A DNA stretch of 64,000 nt, from the NCBI GenBank assembly GCA_964016885.1, contig OZ024748.1:31062001-31126000 (forward strand). Reading direction: 5' to 3'. How positions within the stretch are numbered: position 1 is the stretch's first letter; each line of letters opens with the position of its first letter. Position numbers and translations under genes: made by a program. Below are positions 39,501 through 49,100 of this stretch, one piece after another. The notes below the pieces were generated by a model. That model worked only from the letters and a program-made list of their open reading frames with translations, did not search any database and was not told the DNA's origin. The DNA comes from Eledone cirrhosa. Lineage: Eukaryota.

Positions 39501-40731
39501 AATCTGTTGTGGTGGATTTTAAGTGGAGTGAATAAGGGTGTTGTCTTGGACATTAGGCGGAGTGAATCAGTGGTTGTGTGGTGGACATTAGGTGGAATAA
39601 ATCAGTGGTGGTGGACATTAGGAGGAGTGAATCAGTTGTGCTGGACATTAGGTGGAGTGAATCAGTGGCAGTGTGGTGGACATTTGGTGGAGTGAATCTG
39701 TTGTGGTGGACATTAAGTGGAGTGAATAAGGGTGGTGTCTTCGACATTAGATAGAGTGAATCAGTGGTGGTGTGGTGGACATTAGGTGGAATAAATCTGT
39801 GGTGGTGGACATTAGGAGGAGTGAATCTGTGGTGGTGGACATTAAGGGAAATGAATCAGTGGTGGTGTGGTGGACATTAGGTGGAGTGAATCAGTGGTGG
39901 TGGACATTAAGTGGAGTGAATCAGTGGTGGTGTGGTGGACAGTAGGTAGAGTGAATCAGTGGTGGTGGACATTAGGAGGAGTGAATCAGTGGTGGTGTGT
40001 TGGACATTAGGTGGAGTGAATTAGTGGTGGTTGACGTTAGGTAGAGTGAATCAATTGTGGTGGACGTCAGGTAGAGTGAATCAGTGGTAGTGGACATTAG
40101 GTGGAGTGAATCAGTGGTGGTGTGTTGGACATTAGGTGGAGTGAATCACTGGTGGTGGACGTTAGGTAGAGTGAATCAGTGGTGGTGGACATTAGGTGGA
40201 GTGAATCAGTGGTGGTGTGGTGGACATTAGGTGGAGTGAATCAGTGCTAGTGTAGTGGACATTAGGTGGAGTGAATCTGTGGTGGTGGACATTAAGTGGA
40301 GTGAATCAGTGCTGGTGTGGTGGACATTAGGTGGAGTGAATCAGTGCTGGCGTGGTGGACATTAGGTGGAGTGAATATGTAGTGGTGCACATGAGGTAGA
40401 GTGAATTAGTGGTGGTGTGTTGGACATTAGGTGGTGTGAATCAGTGGTGGTGTGGTGGACAGTAGGTGGAGTGTATCGGTAGTGGTGGAGAGCATCAATG
40501 GTGGTAGATATTAGGTAGAGTGAATCAGGGATGTTGTGGTGGACATTAGGTGGAGTGAATCAGTGGTAGTGTGGTGGACACTAGGTAGAGTGAATACTTG
40601 GTGGTGGGACATTTGATGGAGTGAATCAGTGGTGGTGGACATTAGGTGGAGTGAATCAGTGATGGTGGAAATTAGGTAGAGTGAATCTGTGGTTGTTCAC
40701 ATTAGGTAGAGAGAATCAGTGGTGGTGGACA
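33585..40731 (+). repeat. Satellite B, left of the insertion; 30/35-bp monomer
   Basis: Tandem GGACATTAGGTGGAGTGAATCAGTGGTGGT with an optional extra GTGGT. Block duplications are visible, e.g. a 3778-bp offset between 35693 and 39471. Confidence 0.97.
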
Positions 40732-40792
40732 TGTAGCGGTTGTCTCCCTTGTTTTGATTAGGATCTAGACGGGAAGTGGAACCCTTTCTGCA

Positions 40793-40816
40793 ACTTCCGG
40801 TCAGAGCCCTATAAAA
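40793..40816 (+). promoter_or_regulatory. Putative LTR promoter: ETS-type ACTTCCGG plus TATA box TATAAAA
   Basis: ACTTCCGG at 40793-40800 and TATAAAA at 40810-40816, in the U3 position expected for an LTR promoter. Motif match only. Confidence 0.5.
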
Positions 40817-41032
40817 CTAACAACTTTAAGCTTTCTAACTCTCTTTGCCTTTTCGGCACCAGGTCAAGAGCCTCTCATTTGGCTCTGCCATTAATTTGGC
40901 CAACAGGCGCCTGGCCTTAGCCAGGCGTCCTCTGCCAGCCGCGTTTGCCTGGCAATCAAAACGGTAACTACTAACTTTGTTTCATTCTAACATCTATCTT
41001 TGACATGTCAAGTATACTATCTACCATTGTTA

Positions 41033-41038
41033 ATTAAA
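41033..41038 (+). promoter_or_regulatory. Putative LTR polyadenylation signal ATTAAA
   Basis: Variant hexamer ~60 bp before the LTR end. Motif match only. Confidence 0.35.
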
Positions 41039-41101
41039 TATTATACACACAAACCATGTCTCGTTTTGTTACATTCATACAACCCAGTATCCTCGCTATA
41101 T

Positions 41102-41119
41102 TGGTAACCCTGACGTGAT
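41102..41119 (+). promoter_or_regulatory. Primer-binding site, tRNA-Trp type
   Basis: TGGTAACCCTGACGTGAT lies 1 nt after the LTR. It matches TGGTGACCCCGACGTGAT (complement of the animal tRNA-Trp 3' end, recalled from memory) at 16/18 positions. Confidence 0.85.
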
Positions 41120-41318
41120 ACGAACACGCAGCCGTTCATCGCTATAAGTGGTCACCCCCCCAAAAAAAGAAAAAAATAGCACATCTGGTTTTGTGAGTAA
41201 CATTACGAATACACAGCAAATTTAGCGACAAACTATGAAAATACTCAAGGACACGCACACACGCACATGTGGAATTCGCACAGACAGACTTTTTCTCTCA
41301 CGCATCAATTAACTGTCG

Positions 41319-41460
41319 CATTTCACCAATATATATATGTTTCTCGTTTCTTACAACGAACACTTTCAAAACAAAAAAGAAAAAAAAACATTTCACGATA
41401 TATATATATGTTTCTCGTTTCTTACAACGAACTCTTTCAAAACACACAAAAAAAAAAAAA
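41319..41460 (+). repeat. 70-bp tandem duplication ending in A-tracts, inside the element
   Basis: CATTTCAC..ATATATATATGTTTCTCGTTTCTTACAACGAAC.CTTTCAAAAC(A-rich) at 41319 and 41389. Confidence 0.85.
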
Positions 41461-42479
41461 GAAATTTGATATTCTTTAAAAAACATTTCAACAGGCACAT
41501 TTATTTTCGATGAACCATTGCCTTTTTGTTCATCGTTTTCTTCATCGTTCAAGTTTTTTGTTTTTTTCCAAAGTTCACACCAATAATTATGCTGAGTGAA
41601 GCCTTTCTTTTTCATCATTGTCACTTTCAACATTGCACTATCATTTTCTCGCGCGTTAGAAATATTATTTTTTTTCAACCTTGTATTGGCACGTGTAGGC
41701 AGCACACATTCTCGATTCACAGAGATGTCTCTACTCACAGACAGCCGCACGCCATAGATAACATTTCTCACCAGGGATTCTTCAGCCTTAAGCTATATTC
41801 TTCTATTTGCCGGTTTATAAATTTACAATGTAAATTTACAGTTGATAACCGCGCATTTATTAAGAATGCTTATTTCTCTGGTCGCTGGCCTCTTGACCCT
41901 TCCAGGTCAACGCATTCTCAACATCGACCATCAACTTCGGCTGCTATTTCTAGCACCTTGCGCCACTCATTTTTTCTAAAAAAAGGAGAAAAATTTTTTT
42001 TTTACTGTGAATTTAAACACTGAATACGCTCACTCAGCGAGACAACAGCAGCAGCAACAGCAATATAACAGCAACAGCAATACATCAATACAGCTTCACC
42101 AAAGCCAGAGAATTCATTTTTGCAGCACTCTTCCTGTGAGAAAATCCATTCGGAGGTTGGAAATTTCACGATATACCACAGAACAGAAACCACCTGCATT
42201 CATTCTCTGGAACACACTTTCTTTCCTGCTGTCATGTGATTGCACACCTGTGAACTATATTTTGAACTTTGAGCTCTTCTATTACTTTTACTTTATTACA
42301 TTGTATCTTTGGGTGATGGATAGATGGATGTCCAGTCGTTCTCTGGCCAAGAGCGGTTGGCTACCTTGATATCTATCATTGATTTTTCCAAACATTCTTT
42401 TGTCGTAATTTTCATGCCTGTTACAACATTCTCGCCAACTTGCTACATATTTTCATTTCGATTTTTATACACTAAAATT

Positions 42480-42493
42480 CTGGCGGGAGGTTA
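42480..42493 (+). promoter_or_regulatory. Polypurine tract (plus-strand primer)
   Basis: CTGGCGGGAGGTTA directly precedes the TG of the second LTR. Confidence 0.75.
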
Positions 42494-42772
42494 TGTAGCG
42501 GTTGTCTCCCTTGTTTTGATTAGGATCTAGACGGGAAGTGGAACCCTTTCTGCAACTTCCGGTCAGAGCCCTATAAAACTAACAACTTTAAGCTTTCTAA
42601 CTCTCTTTGCCTTTTCGGCACCAGGTCAAGAGCCTCTCATTTGGCTCTGCCATTAATTTGGCCAACAGGCGCCTGGCCTTAGCCAGGCGTCCTCTGCTAG
42701 CCGCGTTTGCCTGGCAATCAAAACGGTAACTACTAACTTTGTTTCATTCTAACATCTATCTTTGACATGTCA
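42494..42772 (+). repeat. 3' LTR, direct copy, truncated after 279 bp
   Basis: Matches 40732-41010 except CTGCCAGC to CTGCTAGC. Stops at TGACATGTCA. Confidence 0.92.
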
Positions 42773-43128
42773 GGGTTGTATGAATGTAACAAGGAATACA
42801 TGGTTTGTGTGTATAATATTTAATTAACAATGGTAGATAGTATACTTGACATGTCAAAGATAGATGTTAGAATGAAACAAAGTTAGTAGTTACCGTTTTG
42901 ATTGCCAGGCAAACGCGGCTGGCAGAGGACGCCTGGCTAAGGCCAGGCGCCTGTTGGCCAAATTAATAGCAGAGCCAAATGAGAGGCGGCTCTTGACCTG
43001 GTGCCGAAAAGGCAAAGAGAGTTAGAAAACTTAAAGTTGTTAGTTTTATAGGGCTCTGACCGGAAGTTGCAGAAAGGGTTCCACTTCCCGTCTAGATCCT
43101 AATCAAAACAAGGGAGACAACCGCTACA
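42773..43128 (-). repeat. Inverted LTR copy lacking the last 15 bp of the LTR
   Basis: Reverse complement of 40732-41085 with a 3-bp insertion (GAGAGGCGGCTC), two substitutions and one small variant cluster (AAGGAATACA versus AAAACGAGACA). Confidence 0.92.
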
Positions 43129-46100
43129 GACATTAAGTGAAGTGTATCGGCAGTGGTGGTTATTAGGTGGAGAGAATCAATGGTAGGGGACAGTAGGTAG
43201 AGCTAATCAGTGATGGTGTGGTGGACATTAGCTGGAGTGAATCAGTGGTGCTGGACATTAGGAGGAGTGAATAAGTGGTGGTGTGGTGGATATTAGGTGG
43301 AGTGAATCAGTGCTGGTGGACATTAGGTAGAGTGAATCAGTGGTGGTGTGTTGGACATTAGGTGGAGTGAATCAGTGGTGTTGGACATTAGGTGGAGTGA
43401 ATCAGTAGTGGTGTGGTGGACATTAGGTGGAGTGCATCATTGGTAGTGTTGTGGACATTAGGTGGAGTGAATCGGTAGTGGTGTGGTGGAGATTAGGTGG
43501 AGTGAATCGGTAGTGGTGTGGTGGACATTAGGTGGAGTGAATCTATGGTGGTGTGGTGGACATTAAGTAGGGTGAATCGGTGTTGGGGGACATTAGCTAG
43601 TGTTTATCAGTGGTGGTGTGGTGGACATTCGGTGGAGAGAATCAGTGGTGCTGGACATTAGGTGGAATGCACCAGTGGTGGTGGACATTAGGTAGAGTGA
43701 ATCAGTGGTGGTGTGGTGGACATCAGGTGGAGTGAATCAGTGGTGGTGTGCTGGACATTAGGTAGAGTGACTCGGTAGTGGGGTGGTGGACATTAGGTGG
43801 AGTGAATCAGTAGTGGTGGTTATTAGCTGGAGTGAATCAATGGTGGTGGACATTAGGTGGAGTAAATCAGCGGTGGTGGACATTAGGTAGAGTGAATCTG
43901 TGGTGGTGGATATTAGGTAGAGTGAATCAGTGGTGGTGTGTTGGATATTAGGTGGAATGAATCAGCGATGGTGTGGTGGACATTAGGTGGCGTGAATCAG
44001 TGGTGGTGTGGTGGACATTAGGTGGAGTGAATCAGTGGTGTTGGACATTAAGTGGAATGAATCAGTGGTGGTGGACGTTAAGTGGAATGAATCAGTGGTG
44101 GTGTGGTGGACAGTAGGTAGAGTTAATCATTGGGGGTGGACGTTAGATAGAGTGAATCAGTGGTGGTGTGTTGGACATTAGGTGGAGTGAATCAGTGGTG
44201 GTGGACATTAGGTGGAATGAATCAGTGGTGGTGTGGTGGACATTAGGTGGAGTGAATCTGTGTTGGTGGACATTAGGTAGAGTGAATCAGTGGTGGTGTG
44301 TTGGACATTAGGTGGAGTGAATCAGTGGTGTTGGACATTAGGTGGAGTGAATCAGTGGTGGTGGACATTAGGTAGAGTGAATCAGTGGTGGTGTGTTGGA
44401 CATTAGGTGGAGTGAATCAGTGGTGTTGGACATTAGGTGGAGTGAATCAGTGGTGGAGTGGTGGACATTAGGTGGAGTGAATCAGTGGTGGTGGACATTA
44501 GGTGGAGTGAATCAGTGGTGGTGTTGTGGACATTAGGTTCAGTGAATCGGTAGTGGTGTGGTGGACATTAGGTGGAGTGAATCAGTGGTGGTGCGCTGGA
44601 TATTAGGTACGGTGAATCAGTGGTTGGAGCCATTAGGTAGAGTGAATCAGTGGTGGTGGACATTAGGTGGAGCGAATCAGTGGTGGTGGACATTAGGTGG
44701 AGTGAATCAGTGGTGGTGGATATTAGGTGGAGTGAATCAGTGGTGGTGTGGCGGACATTAGGTGGAGAGAATCCTTGGTGGTGGGTATTTGATGGAGTGT
44801 ATCAGTGGTGGTGGACATTAGGTGGAGTGTATCGGTAGTGGTGTGGTGGACATTAGGTGGAGTGAATCTATGGTGGTGTGTTGGACATTAAGTAGGGTGA
44901 ATCGGTGTTGGGGGACATTAGCTAGTGTTTATCAGTGGTGGTGTGGTGGACATTCGGTGGAGAGAATCAGTGGTGCTGGACATTAGGTGGAATGCACCAG
45001 TGGTGGTGGACATTATGTAGAGTGAATCAGTGGCAGTGTGATGGACATTAGGTTGAGTGAATCATTGGTGGTGGACATTAGGTGGAGTGAATCAGTGGTG
45101 GTGTGGTGGACATCAGGTGGAGTGAATCAGTGGTGGTGTGCTGGACATTAGGTAGAGTGACTCGGTAGTGGGGTGGTGGACATTAGGTGGAGTGAATCAG
45201 TAGTGGTGGTTATTAGCTGGAGTGAATCAATGGTGGTGGACATTAGGTGGAGTGAATCAGTGGTGGTGTGGTGGACATTAGGTGGAGTGAATCTGTGTTG
45301 GTGGACATTAGGTAGAGTGAATCAGTGGTGGTGTGTTGGACATTAGGTGGAGTGAATCAGTGGTGTTGGACATTAGGTGGAGTGAATCAGTGGTGGTGTG
45401 GTGGATATTAGGTGGAGTGAATCAGTGCTGGTGGACATTAGGTAGAGTGAATCATTGGTGGTGTGTTAGACATTAGGTGGAGTGAATCAGTGGTGTTGGA
45501 CATTAGGTGGAGTGAATCAGTGGTGGTGTGGTGGATATTAGGTGGAGTGAATCAGTGCTGGTGGACATTAGGTAGAGTGAATCAGTGGTGGTGTGTTGGA
45601 CATTAGGTGGAGTGAATCAGTGGTGTTGGACATTAGGTGGAGTGAATCAGTGGTGGTGGACATTAGGTAGAGTGAATCAGTGGTGGTGTGTTGGACATTA
45701 GGTGGAGTGAATCAGTGGTGTTGGACATTAGGTGGAGTGAATCAGTGGTGGAGTGGTGGACATTAGGTGGAGTGAATCAGTGGTGGTGGACATTAGGTGG
45801 AGTGAATCAGTGGTGGTGTTGTGGACATTAGGTTGAGTGAATCGGTAGTGGTGTGGTGGACATTAGGTGGAGTGAATCAGTGGTGGTGCGCTGGATATTA
45901 GGTACGGTGAATCAGTGGTTGGAGCCATTAGGTAGAGTGAATCAGTGCTGGTTGACATTAGGTGGCGTGAATCAGTGGTGGTGGACATTAGGTGGAGTGA
46001 ATCAGTGGTGGTGGATATTAGGTGGAGTGAATCAGTGGTGGTGGATATTAGGTTGAGTGAATCAGTGGTGGTGGACATTAGGTGGAGCGAATCAGTGGTG

Positions 46101-49100
46101 GTGGACATTAGGTGGAGTGAATCAGTGGTGGTGGATATTAGGTGGAGTGAATCAGTGGTGGTGTGGCGGACATTAGGTGGAGAGAATCCTTGGTGGTGGG
46201 TATTTGATGGAGTGTATCAGTGGTGGTGGACATTAGGTGGAGTGTATCGGTAGTGGTGTGGTGGACATTAGGTGGAGTGAATCTATGGTGGTGTGTTGGA
46301 CATTAAGTAGGGTGAATCGGTGTTGGGGGACATTAGCTAGTGTTTATCAGTGGTGGTGTGGTGGACATTCGGTGGAGAGAATCAGTGGTGCTGGACATTA
46401 GGTGGAATGCACCAGTGGTGGTGGACATTATGTAGAGTGAATCAGTGGCAGTGTGATGGACATTAGGTTGAGTGAATCATTGGTGGTGGACATTAGGTGG
46501 AGTGAATCAGTGGTGGTGTGGTGGACATCAGGTGGAGTGAATCAGTGGTGGTGTGCTGGACATTAGGTAGAGTGACTCGGTAGTGGGGTGGTGGACATTA
46601 GGTGGAGTGAATCAGTAGTGGTGGTTATTAGCTGGAGTGAATCAGCGGTGGTGGACATTAGGTAGAGTGAATCTGTGGTGGTGGATATTAGGTAGAGTGA
46701 ATCAGTGGTGGTGTGTTGGATATTAGGTGGAATGAATCAGCGATGGTGTGGTGGACATTAGGTGGCGTGAATCAGTGGTGGTGTGGTGGACATTAGGTGG
46801 AGTGAATCAGTGGTGGTGGACATTAAGTGGAATGAATCAGTGGTGGTGGACATTAAGTGGAATGAATCAGTGGTGGTGTGGTGGACAGTAGGTAGAGTTA
46901 ATCATTGGTGGTGGACGTTAGATAGAGTGAATCAGTGGTGGTGTGTTGGACATTAGGTGGAGTGAATCAGTGGTGGTGGACATTAGGTGGAATGAATCAG
47001 TGGTGGTGTGGTGGACATTAGGTGGAGTGAATCTGTGTTGGTGGACATTAGGTAGAGTGAATCAGTGGTGGTGTGTTGGACATTAGGTGGAGTGAATCAG
47101 TGGTGTTGGACATTAGGTGGAGTGAATCAGTGGTGGTGTGGTGGATATTAGGTGGAGTGAATCAGTGCTGGTGGACATTAGGTAGAGTGAATTAGTGGTG
47201 GTGTGTTGGACATTAGGTGGAGTGAATCAGTGGTGTTGGACATTAGGTGGAGTGAATCAGTGCTGGTGGACATTAGGTAGAGTGAATCAGTGGTGGTGTG
47301 TTGGACATTAGGTGGAGTGAATCAGTGGTGTTGGACATTAGGTGGAGTGAATCAGTGGTGGTGGACATTAGGTAGAGTGAATCAGTGGTGGTGTGTTGGA
47401 CATTAGGTGGAGTGAATCAGTGGTGTTGGACATTAGGTGGAGTGAATCAGTGGTGGAGTGGTGGACATTAGGTGGAGTGAATCAGTGGTGGTGGACATTA
47501 GGTGGAGTGAATCAGTGGTGGTGTTGTGGACATTAGGTTGAGTGAATCGGTAGTGGTGTGGTGGACATTAGGTGGAGTGAATCAGTGGTGGTGCGCTGGA
47601 TATTAGGTACGGTGAATCAGTGGTTGGAGCCATTAGGTAGAGTGAATCAGTGCTGGTTGACATTAGGTGGCGTGAATCAGTGGTGGTGGACATTAGGTGG
47701 AGTGAATCAGTGGTGGTGGATATTAGGTGGAGTGAATCAGTGGTGGTGGACATTAGGTGGAGTGAATCAGTGGTGGTGGATATTAGGTGAAGTGAATCAG
47801 TGGTGGTGTTGTGGGCATTAGGTTGAGTGAATCATTGGTGGTGGACATTAGGTGGTGTGAATCAGTGGTGGTGTGGCGGACATTAGGTGGAGAGAATCCT
47901 TGGTGGTGGGTATTTGATGGAGTGTATCAGTGGTGGTGGACATTAGGTGGAGTGTATCGGTGGTGGTATGGTGGACATTAGGTGGCGTAAATCGGTGGTG
48001 GTGGACATTAGATGGAGTGAACCAGTGGTGGTGTTTTCGACATTAGGTGGAGTGAATCAGTAGCGGTGTGGTGGACATGAGGTGGAGTGAATCTATGGTG
48101 GTGTGGTGGGACATTAGGTAGGGTGAATCGGTGGTGGGGGACATTAATTAGTGTTTATCAGTGGTGGTGTGGTGGAGATTCGGTGGGGTGAATCAGTGGT
48201 GCTGGACATTAGGTGGAATGAATCAGTGGTGGTGGACATTAGTTAGAGTGAATCAGTGGCAGTGTGGTGGACATAAGGTGGAATAAATCAGTGGTGGTGG
48301 ACATTAGGAGGAGTGAATCAGTGGTGGTGTGTTGGACATTAGGTGGACTGAATCAGTGGTGGTGTACATTAGGAGGAGTGAATCAGTGGTGGTGGACATT
48401 AAGTGGAATGAATCAGTTGTGGTGTGGTGGACATCGGGTGGAGTGAATCAGTGGTGGTGTGGTTGACATTAGGTGGAGTGAATCAGTGGTGGTGTGTGGG
48501 ATATTAGGCAGAATGAATCATTGGTCGTTGACATTAGGTGGAGTGAATCAGTGGTGTTGGACATTAGGTGGAGTGAATCAGTGGTGGTGGACATTAAGTG
48601 GAGTGAATCAGTGGTGGTGTGGTGGACAGTAGGTAGAGTTAATCATTGGTGCTGGACGTTAGGTAGAGTGAATCAGTGGTGGTCGACATTAGGTGGAGTG
48701 AATCAGTGGTGGTGTGCTGGACATTAGGTGGAGTGAATCAGTGGTGATTGACGTTAGGTAGAGTGAATCAATTGTGGTGGACGTCAGGTAGAGTGAATCA
48801 GTGCTGGTGGACATTAGGTGGAGTGAATCAGTGGTGGTGTGTTGGACATGAGGTGGAGTGAATCAGTGGTGGTGGACGTTAGGTAGAGTGAATCAGTGGT
48901 GGTGGACATTAGGTGGAGGGAATGAGTGGTGGTGTGTTGGACATTAGGTGGAGTGAATCAGTGGTGGTGGACATTAGGTGGAGTGAATCAGTGGTGGTGT
49001 GGTGGACATTAGGTGGAGTGAATCAGTGGTGGTGGACGTTAGGTAGAGTGAATCAGTGGTGGTGGACATTAGGTGGAGGGAATGAGTGGTGGTGTGTTGG

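Larger units (their letters stand above)
40732..41100 (+). repeat. 5' LTR, 369 bp
   Basis: TGTAGCG...CGCTATA termini (short inverted ends with CA changed to TA). The first 279 bp recur at 42494 with one substitution that I could find. A PBS follows immediately. Confidence 0.9.
40732..43128 (+). mobile_element. Non-autonomous Ty3/Gypsy-type LTR-derived element with rearranged (inverted) right end; 4-bp TSD GACA
   Basis: Starts TGTAGCGG and ends CCGCTACA. GACA lies at 40728-40731 and at 43129-43132. Order is LTR, PBS, internal region, PPT, LTR. No gag/pol ORF. Confidence 0.92.

Noticed and set aside
41267-42530. gag, pol or env genes in the element's internal ORFs
   Set aside because: No CCHC, protease, YxDD or DDE motifs. 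The ORFs are short, overlapping and run through homopolymer tracts.
40732-43128. DIRS-type element with inverted terminal repeats
   Set aside because: DIRS elements use a tyrosine recombinase and typically lack TSD, tRNA PBS and PPT, all of which are present here.
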